In this document: in pieces, positions 48,163 through 58,403 of the stretch
How positions within the stretch are numbered: position 1 is the stretch's first letter
How the letters are laid out: the number at the start of each line of letters is the position of its first letter
Assembly: GCA_030637655.1 (NCBI GenBank)
Contig: DAOWGI010000090.1
Span: forward strand, 1 to 64,000
DNA from: a candidate division FCPU426 bacterium
GTDB lineage: Bacteria > Oederibacteriota > JAAXVQ01 > JAUVAV01
Length of the DNA: 64,000 nt
Direction: 5' to 3'
The notes under the pieces: model-generated
The model's database searches: none
What the model was told of the DNA's origin: nothing
Seen by the model: only the letters and a program-made list of their open reading frames with translations
Made by a program: the position numbers and the translations under genes

Positions 48163-48301
48163 GTAATATGTCAGTCATGCGTTTTTTTGTTTGTCATCCC
48201 CGAATGCTCTTATCGGGGATACGGTTTAAAAAACCAGATTCCCGATTAAACCCTCGGGAATGACAATCTTTGTTTAACTGCGCAGTTTACTGACCTGTTA
48301 C
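48163..48301. mobile_element. MITE-like element, copy 3 (inverted)
   Basis: Reverse complement of the core in 51427-51563. Confidence 0.75.
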
Positions 48302-48362
48302 AGTTACCTTGGAATATAAAAACCCAGCATACTTATTATATGCGGGTAGTATGGTATGGTAA

Positions 48363-48408
48363 AATAAAACAACGTAGAGCGAATTCCGCCGCTCTACGTT
48401 GTTTTATT
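48363..48408 (-). terminator. Long hairpin downstream of the Lys-rich micro-ORF
   Basis: aataaaacaacgtagagcg / cgctctacgttgttttatt inverted repeat. Confidence 0.65.
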
Positions 48409-48432
48409 GGAAATTTCTTGAGGTCAGAAAAG

Positions 48433-48501
48433 TTATTTTTTCTTTTTCGCGACTTTCTTTTTCGCGACTTTCTTCTTTACCACTTTTTTCTTTGTCGCCA
48501 T
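48433..48501 (-). CDS. 22-aa lysine-rich microprotein MATKKKVVKKKVAKKKVAKKKK
   Basis: ATG to TAA read directly; purine-rich GGGGG/GAGG upstream; hairpin downstream. Confidence 0.6.
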   Translation of the reverse strand: MATKKKVVKKKVAKKKVAKKKK

Positions 48502-48692
48502 TACCTCAATTTCCCCCTTTTCTAGATAATGTGTACCTGCTGGTAGCAAGCACTAAATATTGTTACCAAAATATTTGCTTTTCGTCAATAAAATGAAGGA
48601 CTTGATTTTACTGAATATTGCCAAAATTCGCTGTTTTTTCTTCATTATGTCTTTTTTCGGTGTTTTTTATCCATTTTCTAGCTATTTCTCGG

Positions 48693-50006
48693 CTATTGAA
48701 TTTTTAAGCTCTGCAGCTGCTGAAGCGCTGTTCTCGGAATTTTTCCAATAACCGCAGAAGCAATGGGTGTCTGCCGGAAAAGTTCACGAGCCAGTTTTTG
48801 AATATCGGTTTTTTTTATTTTTTGAATGGCTGACAAAATAGACGCTGGTTCCGGTTGGTGTTGTAAATACATTTCTTGTTGAATCATGTTCCACATATGC
48901 GTCGAGGAACTCTCGAGCGAAATTAAATAATTGCCACGCATCTGTTCCCGGACATCATGCCATTCCTGATCAGTGATGGAATGTGAACACAAGTGTTGCA
49001 GCTGGGTTGCTATTATTTTTAACGTTGCTTTAATCTTACTCGGATGACATGCAAAATAGATGCCACCCATACCGGTATCATAATAAAAATCCACAAAGGA
49101 ATAAATGGAATACACTAATGCTCTTTTTTCACGCACCTCATAAAACAAGCGTGAATTTGTCCCTGCTCCCAAGATGTTGGAAAGCGCTAAAGCCGTGATA
49201 CGACGCTGATCGGAAAAGGGCAATCCCGGCACGCCCAGACAGATATGGGTTTGTTCCAAATCCCGCAACTTTATTTGCGATTTCAATAACGGTCTGGGTG
49301 CTGTTGCCAATTGATTCGTGCCCGGTTGATTTTGGCCGAAGTTATTAAAATAACGCCTGGCCAATCTAACCACCTGGGCAGGCGCAATGTTACCGGCTAC
49401 TGAGAGTATCATTCGGTTGGCACGGTAATGACGTTGTACAAAGGAAAGGAGATCAGCACGCCGGATTCGCGCGAGACTCTTCCGGCTTCCTAAAATCGAA
49501 CGCCCCAAAGCATGGCGCGGCCAGAAGGCCTGAAAAAGTAAATCATGTACCAATTCATCCGGATCATCTTCATACATCCGAATTTCTTCGACAATGATCT
49601 GTTTTTCTTTTTCCAACAGCGTGCCGGTCAAACGTGAATTGAGCAGCATGTCCGCCAACACATCCATGGCCAGTGAAAAATATCGGGCCGGAACTTTGGC
49701 ATAAAACGCTGTGCTTTCACGGCCGGTACACGCGTCCAGGGTTCCTCCCACCGCGTTGATCACACGCGAGAGTTCGCGCGTATCACGTTGGCGCGTGCCT
49801 TGGAAAAACATATGTTCCACCAAATGACTCAGCCCTGCTTCTTCCTCAGCTTCGTCGCGTGACCCAACCGCCACACTGAATCCTACCGAAACAGAGGCAA
49901 GTTGCGAAATAGGTTGTACGAGGATGATCAAGCCGTTGGGTAAGACCGTCCGGAACAATCTCGGATTTTTTGAACTAGATGGTTTCAAGCAACTTCCGTC
50001 CTTCAA
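48693..50006 (-). CDS. M16 family zinc peptidase (start uncertain)
   Basis: GLSHLVEHMFFQGT (HxxEH), EEIRMYEDDP, SRLFYEVREKRALVYS. Confidence 0.93.
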   Translation of the reverse strand: MKDGSCLKPSSSKNPRLFRTVLPNGLIILVQPISQLASVSVGFSVAVGSRDEAEEEAGLSHLVEHMFFQGTRQRDTRELSRVINAVGGTLDACTGRESTAFYAKVPARYFSLAMDVLADMLLNSRLTGTLLEKEKQIIVEEIRMYEDDPDELVHDLLFQAFWPRHALGRSILGSRKSLARIRRADLLSFVQRHYRANRMILSVAGNIAPAQVVRLARRYFNNFGQNQPGTNQLATAPRPLLKSQIKLRDLEQTHICLGVPGLPFSDQRRITALALSNILGAGTNSRLFYEVREKRALVYSIYSFVDFYYDTGMGGIYFACHPSKIKATLKIIATQLQHLCSHSITDQEWHDVREQMRGNYLISLESSSTHMWNMIQQEMYLQHQPEPASILSAIQKIKKTDIQKLARELFRQTPIASAVIGKIPRTALQQLQSLKIQ

Positions 50007-51393
50007 CTGCCAAGCGCTCTAAATTCTTGATAGTATTTGCTTCTAAATAAAGACGCGCCACCGGCTCGGTGCCGGAAAGCCGAATACCCAGCCAGGACCC
50101 GTTGTCCAAAAGATATTTATAGCCATCCATGGTATCCACAGAGACCACTTTATATCCCGCCAAAGTGCCGGGACGGTAACGATTTAAATAATGTCTCAAC
50201 TCATCACCTGCGGTTTTTGCTTTCAGCTGCACATTAATACGGCTGGTGATGATACGGCCCACTTGCGAATACACATCCTGCAAAATGGCTTTAAGACTAC
50301 GCTTCTCGCGAGCCACCAGTTCCACCATGAGCAGGCAGGCCAGTATGCCGTCTTTTTCAGGGATATGCCCAGTGATGGTTAATCCTCCGCTTTCCTCGCC
50401 GCCAACCAGAAATCCTCCGCGCTGCATACTCTCGCCAATATACTTAAATCCAACCGGTGTCACTTCAACCGGTAAACCATATTGTTTGGCAATCGCATCC
50501 ACCAAATGACTAGTCACCACCGACCGGACTACACGTCCGGAAAAGCCGCGATGACGAACCAGCAGATAGACAGTCAGAGCCAGGATTTCATTGGGAGTCA
50601 GATAAGTGCCGTCTTGATCCACCACACCAAAACGATCAGCATCACCGTCCGTACCCAACGCCAGCCGCGCCCGTTTTTGTTTCATAACCTGCGCGGCTTC
50701 TTTCAGATATTCCGCATTGGGTTCCGGCGGATGTCCTCCAAAACGCGTATCCCGCCAATCATGCAACACCTGCACTTGGCAACCGGCCCGACGCAAACAG
50801 TCGTCCAAATATCCCCGCCCAGCTCCGTATAACGGATCAGCAACCACTTTCAACCCGGCCTGCCGCAACAAACGCATGGGCAAGATGCGATTAATCCGTT
50901 TGAGATAATTGGGCTTCGGATCATAAACACTAATCTTTCCCGGGCGCACACCGCGTGGCGGCTGCCCGCCGTTTTGTTGCAACAAACGGTTGGCCTCTTT
51001 TTCAATGGGCGCTACTTCATCTTTGCCGGCAGGTCCGCCATAGGCATTGGACCACTTGAAGCCCTGATACTGCGCAGGGTTGTGACTGGCAGTAAAATTG
51101 ATGCCACCGGCTAATTTTAAATCAATAATAGCCGTGGACAAAACCGGGGTCGGAGCCGCAGCGATCACTACATGCACACGAATGCCCTCACTCTTCATCA
51201 CTTCAGCTGAAAGATGGGTAAATTCCTCGGCTAAAAAGCGGGGATCATGTCCGATTAAAACACCTTTTTTGGCCAGTCCGCGTTTTTTTAAGTAACGCGC
51301 TGTGGCCCGCGTAATTGCCGTGACTCCGGTAAAAGTAAACCCATCCGCTATAATATCCCGCCAGCCGGATGTGCCGAAATGAATTGGCGCCAT
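49975..51393 (-). CDS. Phosphoglucomutase/phosphomannomutase
   Basis: FGTSGWR, TASHNP, DGDADR, GEESGG, RLSGTEP. Confidence 0.95.
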   Translation of the reverse strand: MAPIHFGTSGWRDIIADGFTFTGVTAITRATARYLKKRGLAKKGVLIGHDPRFLAEEFTHLSAEVMKSEGIRVHVVIAAAPTPVLSTAIIDLKLAGGINFTASHNPAQYQGFKWSNAYGGPAGKDEVAPIEKEANRLLQQNGGQPPRGVRPGKISVYDPKPNYLKRINRILPMRLLRQAGLKVVADPLYGAGRGYLDDCLRRAGCQVQVLHDWRDTRFGGHPPEPNAEYLKEAAQVMKQKRARLALGTDGDADRFGVVDQDGTYLTPNEILALTVYLLVRHRGFSGRVVRSVVTSHLVDAIAKQYGLPVEVTPVGFKYIGESMQRGGFLVGGEESGGLTITGHIPEKDGILACLLMVELVAREKRSLKAILQDVYSQVGRIITSRINVQLKAKTAGDELRHYLNRYRPGTLAGYKVVSVDTMDGYKYLLDNGSWLGIRLSGTEPVARLYLEANTIKNLERLAVEGRKLLETI

Positions 51394-51426
51394 TATTTAT
51401 ACCTCCAACAAAAATAATGAATAAAA

Positions 51427-51563
51427 GTATCATGTCAGTGAAGTGCGCAGTTAAACAAAGATTGTCATTCCCGAGGGTTTAATCGGGAATCTGGTTTTTT
51501 AAACCGTATCCCCGATACAAGCATTCGGGGATGACAAACAAAAAAACATGACTGACCTGTTAC
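51427..51563. mobile_element. MITE-like element, copy 4
   Basis: Same TIRs and core, no nested insert. Confidence 0.75.
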
Positions 51564-51573
51564 GAATAATCTG

Positions 51574-51601
51574 GTAGGGGCGCGATTAATCGCGCCCCTA
51601 C
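51574..51601. repeat. Intergenic REP-like palindrome
   Basis: gtaggggcgcgattaatcgcgcccctac. Confidence 0.85.
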
Positions 51602-51623
51602 GATAATAAAATGTCCAATTAAA

Positions 51624-54122
51624 TCACGCCTGCCATTCCTGTATCATTTGACAATAACGCAAGGCCAGTTGTTGTGATTGTTCAGGATTGACCCCTTCGG
51701 CATTCACATGAAAGATGGGTTTGTCCGCGTCTGGAATGATAATAACCCAGGATTTTCCATGCCAAATCTTCACACCATCCAACAGTTCTACTTTTTCATT
51801 ACGCGTATTCTCGATCAAACGCCGCATGATTGTGCCTTTCTTTTCCCAAGCACAGGCAATGTGTCTGCGTTCCAAATGAATGGGCGGAATTTGATCAATT
51901 ATAGTAGACAAAGGTGCTGCTGCTATGGCTAAAAGTTCTAACAATTTGGCTGTGGCCATCATTGAATCAAAAGCAGGTTGGAAATTAGGAAACACATATC
52001 CGCCCTTGGACTCACCCACAAAATCCAGACGCCGCCGGTCCGCCGCATCCAGCATGGCGGCATATTGCGTCTTAGTACGAACGATTTTCGCGTGGTATTT
52101 TTCCGCCAGATCATCAATCACCCGAGAGGCGGAAATAGGAACAGCCAAGCGCGCACCGGACTTGGCTTTCATTACCAGTAATGCCATCAAGGCTAAGGCC
52201 CGGTCACCATCCAAACTCCGGCCTTTATCATCAGCAATATAAATTTTTTGCGCTCCTGCATCCATCATAACACCCACGTGGGCTTTGAGCGTTCCCACCA
52301 TTTCACCCATGCGGTGAAATGATTGCTCCAATTCCGCGGATGAGCGGGTCAAACGCGTACCGTTGGCATAGGAATTTAAAGCCACAACATCACAATGCAT
52401 ATCACCCAGCACTTGCGGGAAAATACCTACCGCACTGCCCCAGGCATAATCAATCACGATTTTAAAAGCAGCTTTACGAATCCGCTCATGATTAAGAGAA
52501 CGGATAAATCCTTCTTGATAATATTCCAAGGCACGGGAGGGAAACATAATCTCACCCGCATGTTCCATATCCGCCCGGGGAAAATCTTCGCGAAAAAATA
52601 AATTTTCCACCCCTTTTTCTTTGGCCCTGGACAATTCTTTGCCATGCGGATCAAAAAACTTAATATCCATTAGTTTGTCATTATAGGGCGATTTGCGGAC
52701 ATGAAAACCACCGGCAACTTTTAAGGCCCTAATGGCATAACGTGCCACTGGTATGGGCACCACCCGCAAATCATATACATTCACCCCCACAGAGCCCAAA
52801 CCGGTCATAATGGCACGATCAATGATACGCGAACTCTTATGATTGTCCCGGCTGGACAGCACAAAATCACCTTTTTTGAGCGAGGCTCCAAAAGCAGCTC
52901 CCAATTTGGCGGCAAATTCCGGCGTGATTTCAATATTGCCCAGACCCGAAACCCCATACGCGTCAAAAATTTGTTTTGACCAGCGTTCGCCCCAGATCAG
53001 TGACGTGGATAAAGTGGTGCCGTCTTCAATAATTTTATACGGCCACACTTTCACTTCCGCTTTTACGGTAGCGTCCTCGCCTATAGTACAGCGATCCGAG
53101 ACCACCGCGCCCACTCCAATGTAGGCCCTGGCTCCGATACGGCAATCATTACAAATTGTGACTTCTTTTAAATTGGCGCCATTGCCAATGGAAACATTGT
53201 CCCAAATCACAGAACCGATAAGCTTAGAACTCTCCCCTACCCGGCAGGAGGAACCTAAAATCGAATTGTTGATCCGGACGTGGGGTCCGATCCAACAATG
53301 CTCCCCTAAAATGACACCGGCTTCCAACACTGCGGTCGGATCAATAAAACAGCCTTCGCCAATCCAATTACCCTCTTTGAATTCACCTGTGCCGGGATTC
53401 GCCAATTCCACGCCAATACGCTTGGCATCATAATGTGCCAGACGGTATTCAGTAAGATTCCCAACATCCTTCCAGTAGGTGTCTTCCGCTACATAACCAT
53501 ACAAGGGAGCTTTGGCAGCCAAAATTTCCGGAAAAAATTGTTTGCTAAAATCATATTCCTGGTCAGCTGGAATGCGTCCCAAGACTTGGGGCTCAAAAAT
53601 ATAAATACCGGTGTTGATGGTATCGGAAAACACTTCGCCCCAACTGGGTTTTTCCAAAAAGCGTGAAATACGCCCATTCTCTTTGGTAATAACCACACCA
53701 TACGACAAGGGATTTTCTTCCCGCGTTAACACAATAGTTGCTAAAGATTTTTTCTCACGATGGTATTGAATAGCTTTAGTAAGATCAACATTAGTTAACA
53801 CATCTCCGGAAATAACCAGAAAGGTGTCCAGACCCAAAGTCTCTTCCGCTTTCTTCACACAACCGGCAGTACCTAAATCCGAATCCGGCAGGATATAGGA
53901 AATTTTAAGTCCCCACTGCGAACCGTCGCCAAAGTATTTTTGAATTACTTCCGGCTGAAAGTACAGCGCTACCACCAATTCGGCAAACCCATGCTTTTTC
54001 AACAATTCAAAAATATGTTCCAACATAGGCCGATTGACCATAGGTACCATGGGTTTCGGAATGTTGCAGGTCAACGGACGGAGTCGGGTTCCAAAGCCGC
54101 CGGCCATAATCATTGCTTTCAT
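51624..54122 (-). CDS. Mannose-1-phosphate guanylyltransferase-like NTP transferase fused to hexapeptide and degenerate PGM/PMM domains
   Basis: AGGFGTRLRPLT...PKPM, hexapeptide repeats, PGM-like C-half lacking SHNP. Confidence 0.9.
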   Translation of the reverse strand: MKAMIMAGGFGTRLRPLTCNIPKPMVPMVNRPMLEHIFELLKKHGFAELVVALYFQPEVIQKYFGDGSQWGLKISYILPDSDLGTAGCVKKAEETLGLDTFLVISGDVLTNVDLTKAIQYHREKKSLATIVLTREENPLSYGVVITKENGRISRFLEKPSWGEVFSDTINTGIYIFEPQVLGRIPADQEYDFSKQFFPEILAAKAPLYGYVAEDTYWKDVGNLTEYRLAHYDAKRIGVELANPGTGEFKEGNWIGEGCFIDPTAVLEAGVILGEHCWIGPHVRINNSILGSSCRVGESSKLIGSVIWDNVSIGNGANLKEVTICNDCRIGARAYIGVGAVVSDRCTIGEDATVKAEVKVWPYKIIEDGTTLSTSLIWGERWSKQIFDAYGVSGLGNIEITPEFAAKLGAAFGASLKKGDFVLSSRDNHKSSRIIDRAIMTGLGSVGVNVYDLRVVPIPVARYAIRALKVAGGFHVRKSPYNDKLMDIKFFDPHGKELSRAKEKGVENLFFREDFPRADMEHAGEIMFPSRALEYYQEGFIRSLNHERIRKAAFKIVIDYAWGSAVGIFPQVLGDMHCDVVALNSYANGTRLTRSSAELEQSFHRMGEMVGTLKAHVGVMMDAGAQKIYIADDKGRSLDGDRALALMALLVMKAKSGARLAVPISASRVIDDLAEKYHAKIVRTKTQYAAMLDAADRRRLDFVGESKGGYVFPNFQPAFDSMMATAKLLELLAIAAAPLSTIIDQIPPIHLERRHIACAWEKKGTIMRRLIENTRNEKVELLDGVKIWHGKSWVIIIPDADKPIFHVNAEGVNPEQSQQLALRYCQMIQEWQA

Positions 54123-54202
54123 TGCTGCTCTCCCTCGGGAAGAATCAAAATACGCTACTGGTTGGTTCGCTTACACAAAGTTCTTCACAATTGAACCGAA
54201 AT

Positions 54203-56887
54203 TTATTTGAATAGATTCTTAAAATCGAGCTTTTTAATGGATTCCTTGGCTTTTTCCACTTCTTTGTTCAAATTCTCCTGAACTTCTTTGGCGGATTTTC
54301 CTTTTTGCTGCTCCACAAATTGTTTGGCTTTCTTTTCAGCCTGTTTCTGCGCAGCTTTGGCCTTCTTTTTCGCATAGGATCCCAGCTGATTTTTGATCCA
54401 CTCCCAGTCCGGATTCACCCGCGGTTTTTTTATCGGCCCATCCAGGATCACAGGAATGGTAAGCCACCCGCGATCGTCTTTTAAAATCTCTGAGTATTGC
54501 CGGAATTCCGGCGAAATTGTCCCGGCAGCACGAGGATTTAAACGCGGACGCAATTTGAATTTCTCAAACTCGGCTTCAAAGGTTATTTTTCCTTTAGCGG
54601 TCATACGAATATCCCCGGATTTCCCTTGCACTCCTGATTCCATGATAAACTTGGTGAGATTCACTTTTTTCCGTCCAATCACAAATACGATGTCCGTATT
54701 ATCAAAGGGAATGTCCTGCCGGAACTTATCCGATCCAAACCATTTGGCCAGATTATCCTGGAAAGCAAATTGCCGTATCCGCCCGGCTTTCAGCGCAAAC
54801 TCTCCCTTGCCGTTCAGATGTTTCATAGCATTTTGGGTACGTATACCTTTACCGGCTATTTTCAGTTTGCCGGTCAGGCGGCCTGTCAATTTATCTTTCA
54901 ATTCGGAGATGATTTTCGGTTTCTTCAGTTTGGCAGCCACAAAAGTGTCCACCATATCATTCATCAGGGTTTCCAGATCAACCCCGGTTACCTTGGTACT
55001 CACAGCATAGCTCAACCTGGATTTGGAATAATCCAAGACCGTAGCATTTTCTATCCGGCCCTGGTAGCCCCGCACACTAGCGGTGGCATTGATTTTCTGT
55101 TTGGCTTGCCGCATGGAAAAATCAACTTGCCCAAGTTTTACCTGTCCGAATTTGATCCCGCCCAACGAGGCCTTACCATTTATTTTTAATCCTGGCGGGA
55201 TGAATTTACGCACATCCGGTTCAGGCCTATCAGAGATGACTTCCGCTTCAGATGCCAATACTGCATCGGCTTGCTGGCCGCCCTTTTCCGGCTTTTTTTT
55301 CTCTTGCCTGGGAAGCAAGGCGAACATGGCATCCAAATCCAGCATTTGGGAATTCAATTTCCATTTCATCTGCGCTTGTAAAGTGTCCGGTTTCAAAGTC
55401 CGGGGATCTCTCAGATCCAGTCCGGTTACTGTCAAATACCCATCCAAAGGCTGACCGGTTAACTTGGCCTTGATTTTTTTGATCGCGATCTGTTTGGGCT
55501 GGATGGTGATGTTCGTTCCAAAACCTTCCAGCAACATCTTGTCTTGGTAACTGACCTGAACATCCCGGACTTTAACACTACAATCCAGATCTAAGGCTTT
55601 AGGTTTTTCCATCTGACCTTGTATTTTTAGCTTATAGGAAATGCTGCCATTGGTCTGCAGGTGGGTTATTTTTTTCATGATCGCAGGCGGTATCAATTTA
55701 GCCGCACATTCGGCCACATTGATTTTGCCGTTCACTTGCGCCCAGAGTTGCCGGGTTTCCAAAATATCATTGAGTTTGGTCTCCAACTGAGCGGAAATCC
55801 CAGGCAAAGTAATAGCCTGCTTTATTTTTACATTCGAGGACTTCAGGCTTATATCGCCCTTGATGCCCAGCGGCGCCTGCAGACCTTTTATGTCCAGATT
55901 CACAGCCAAATCATTGTTAGCTGTAATCTGCAACTGATCAACCTGTTTGGCCGGTCCTTTCACAGAAAAGGTAACCGCAGCTGTTCCTTTAACCTGGATG
56001 TCTTCCGGAATTTTCTTTTTTACATCCAAAGGAGTCAGTTTGTTTATGACTTTTTGAAAATCAAGATTGGTTTTTCCAGCCAGGTTCAAGTAAGGAGCAG
56101 AGACTACATCGGAAACCTCCCCGGCTGCTTCCAGCCGAATACCGGGCAATGTCACTTGCACGCTATCCAGTTTAAATTTTTCTTTAGCATAGTTAAAGCG
56201 CCAGCTGGTATCGAGATTTAAGGGATACGTTTGACCCAACGCCTTTAACTTGGCATCCACATGGACTTTGACTGGGATTAATCCGGCCAAGGTTAAATTT
56301 TCCACCAAGAGGTTTAAAGTTTCAATGGTATATTCCTGTTTCCGGCCCAGATCCCTGTACACAACCTTGGCGTCGTTAATGGCAAACTTAGAGATCAATA
56401 ATTCCACCGGAATGGCTGGTAGTCCCTTTTTTGCCTCCAGAGCCTCCACTTTGGCTGCTTTCTCTTTTTTGGCTGGAAGCATGTCTGAAAAATTAAAGGT
56501 GTTGTCCGCCTTTTTTTCAATCAGCACGTGTGGTTTGTTCAGCACCACGGCTTTGATGGCTACTTTGCCCACCAACAGAGGCAATAAACGATACTGTACA
56601 CTCACCGATTCATCGGTTAAAAAAGGTGTTTCGGAAAAACCCTTGGCATTCTCGATGCGTAATTTCCGCACTTCAATTCCTTTGAACAGATTAAAGCCAA
56701 TACTTTCAATAGACACCTGATGATGTATTGCTTCGGAAATTTTAGCTTGCGCTTGAACTTTCAGTTTTTCCCAAGGAATAAAACGAGGAACAATGAGCAG
56801 CGCCGCTCCGAGCAGAATCACCGCAATCAACCCAGTGATAAGAATAAGACGCAGCAAACTGAATTTTCGTTTTATTTGCCCACCCAT
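54203..56887 (-). CDS. AsmA family protein
   Basis: N-terminal TM, VQYRLLPLLVGKVAIKAVVLNKP...FNFSD, C-terminal IPVILDGPIKKP. Confidence 0.8.
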   Translation of the reverse strand: MGGQIKRKFSLLRLILITGLIAVILLGAALLIVPRFIPWEKLKVQAQAKISEAIHHQVSIESIGFNLFKGIEVRKLRIENAKGFSETPFLTDESVSVQYRLLPLLVGKVAIKAVVLNKPHVLIEKKADNTFNFSDMLPAKKEKAAKVEALEAKKGLPAIPVELLISKFAINDAKVVYRDLGRKQEYTIETLNLLVENLTLAGLIPVKVHVDAKLKALGQTYPLNLDTSWRFNYAKEKFKLDSVQVTLPGIRLEAAGEVSDVVSAPYLNLAGKTNLDFQKVINKLTPLDVKKKIPEDIQVKGTAAVTFSVKGPAKQVDQLQITANNDLAVNLDIKGLQAPLGIKGDISLKSSNVKIKQAITLPGISAQLETKLNDILETRQLWAQVNGKINVAECAAKLIPPAIMKKITHLQTNGSISYKLKIQGQMEKPKALDLDCSVKVRDVQVSYQDKMLLEGFGTNITIQPKQIAIKKIKAKLTGQPLDGYLTVTGLDLRDPRTLKPDTLQAQMKWKLNSQMLDLDAMFALLPRQEKKKPEKGGQQADAVLASEAEVISDRPEPDVRKFIPPGLKINGKASLGGIKFGQVKLGQVDFSMRQAKQKINATASVRGYQGRIENATVLDYSKSRLSYAVSTKVTGVDLETLMNDMVDTFVAAKLKKPKIISELKDKLTGRLTGKLKIAGKGIRTQNAMKHLNGKGEFALKAGRIRQFAFQDNLAKWFGSDKFRQDIPFDNTDIVFVIGRKKVNLTKFIMESGVQGKSGDIRMTAKGKITFEAEFEKFKLRPRLNPRAAGTISPEFRQYSEILKDDRGWLTIPVILDGPIKKPRVNPDWEWIKNQLGSYAKKKAKAAQKQAEKKAKQFVEQQKGKSAKEVQENLNKEVEKAKESIKKLDFKNLFK

Positions 56888-56929
56888 CGGTCAATATCCT
56901 CTCTTTTTAAATAGTAAACTATGGTATTA

Positions 56930-58003
56930 TTATCGCCGGCCGGCCCGAACACGTTCAACCACATCTTCCTTTTTTTCCTCAGGTTGACCGTTACCACCTT
57001 CCGCTTCTGTAGATTCAACAGAAAGTAGTTTATTCCGCAGCTTTTCCTCGATCTCTTGCGCCATTGCCTGGTTTTCTTTGAGAAATGCCTTGACTGCTTC
57101 CCGGCCTTGGCCGATTCTCTGACCTTGGTAAGAGAACCAGGAACCGGATTTCTCAACAATTTCGTTCTGAACACCCAGATCCAATAAATCGCCCTCTCTG
57201 GATATTCCTTCTCCAAACATAATATCAAAAGTAGCAATGCCAAAAGGAGGTGCCACTTTGTTTTTAACCACTTTCACTTTAACGCGATTCCCCACAGCAT
57301 CTTGACCCTGTTTAATGGTCTCGATTCTGCGAATATCCAAACGCAGGCTCGCATAAAATTTCAAAGCGCGGCCACCGGGTGTAACTTCCGGATTTCCAAA
57401 CATCACGCCGATCTTTTCCCGTAACTGGTTAATAAAGATCACCGCGGTCTGCGCGCGGCTGCTGATGGCTGTTAACTTTCGTAGAGCTTGCGACATCAGG
57501 CGTGCCTGCAATCCCATATGCGAATCACCCATATCCCCCTCAATTTCAGCCCGGGGAACCAAGGCAGCTACTGAGTCAATCACAATAATATCCAACGCAC
57601 CGGAACGAACCAAGGTCTCGGCAATATCCAAGGCCTGTTCACCGGAGTCCGGCTGGGAAATGAGCATATTATCAATATCCACTCCGATTTTTCTGGCATA
57701 TTCCGGATCCAAGGCATGTTCCGCGTCAATAAAGGCGGCATGGCCTCCGGTTTTTTGTAACTCAGCAATAATATGCTGGGCTAAAGTGGTCTTACCGGAT
57801 GATTCGGGTCCGAACAATTCAACAATTCTCCCGCGTGGAATCCCTCCCACACCAAGCGCTATATCCAATGAAATGGACCCTGTGGGTATGGCTTTGACAT
57901 CCGCCACCGGACGCTCACTGAATTTCATAATAGTACCTTTGCCGAATTGTTTCTCAATCTGGGAAATTGCGAGTTCTAATGCTTTTGATTTTTCATTTGC
58001 CAT
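56930..58003 (-). CDS. recA: Recombinase RecA
   Basis: [35 protein letters not shown]. Confidence 0.99.
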   Translation of the reverse strand: MANEKSKALELAISQIEKQFGKGTIMKFSERPVADVKAIPTGSISLDIALGVGGIPRGRIVELFGPESSGKTTLAQHIIAELQKTGGHAAFIDAEHALDPEYARKIGVDIDNMLISQPDSGEQALDIAETLVRSGALDIIVIDSVAALVPRAEIEGDMGDSHMGLQARLMSQALRKLTAISSRAQTAVIFINQLREKIGVMFGNPEVTPGGRALKFYASLRLDIRRIETIKQGQDAVGNRVKVKVVKNKVAPPFGIATFDIMFGEGISREGDLLDLGVQNEIVEKSGSWFSYQGQRIGQGREAVKAFLKENQAMAQEIEEKLRNKLLSVESTEAEGGNGQPEEKKEDVVERVRAGRR

Positions 58004-58103
58004 GGTTCAACCCTCCGTAGTGTGATAATACCTTGTCTCAGTGAGGGATTACGAAATAGACGATGCCCAACAGATACGGTAAAACAAGGCTTGTAAAGGC
58101 AAA

Positions 58104-58132
58104 ATTTTATCATGCCCCCCAAGGGGTGTCAA
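58104..58132 (-). promoter_or_regulatory. Sigma70 promoter of recA (TTGACA-N17-TAAAAT, extended TG)
   Basis: Near-consensus hexamers with a 17-nt spacer, about 100 nt upstream of the ATG. Confidence 0.75.
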
Positions 58133-58333
58133 GGGCTTTGAAATCTGCTTTCAAATCCGTAAAAATCCCTATAAATGGCGCTTTTTGCGATATAACCAGC
58201 AATCAAAACCTGTTGCTAAAAGCCTGACAGGTACATGTTTTTTATAAAAAACCAGAACGGATTCGAAATCAGATAAGCTATAGAAAAAAGTTGCTGCGAG
58301 CGACTACAAGAAGTGATCAAGCATATCGTTTGT

Positions 58334-58361
58334 GTAGAGGCGTTTAATTAAACGCCCCTAC
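58334..58361. repeat. Intergenic REP-like palindrome
   Basis: gtagaggcgtttaattaaacgcccctac. Confidence 0.8.
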
Positions 58362-58403
58362 ATCCCTACCGGGATTTTTCCGGTTGTTATAGCAGCCGGA
58401 AAA

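Noticed and set aside
56872-57243. 123-aa minus-strand ORF overlapping the recA 3' end
   Set aside because: Alternate frame of recA with no recognisable features.
58004-58140. LexA/SOS box upstream of recA
   Set aside because: No recognisable lineage-specific box; only the sigma70 promoter is supportable.
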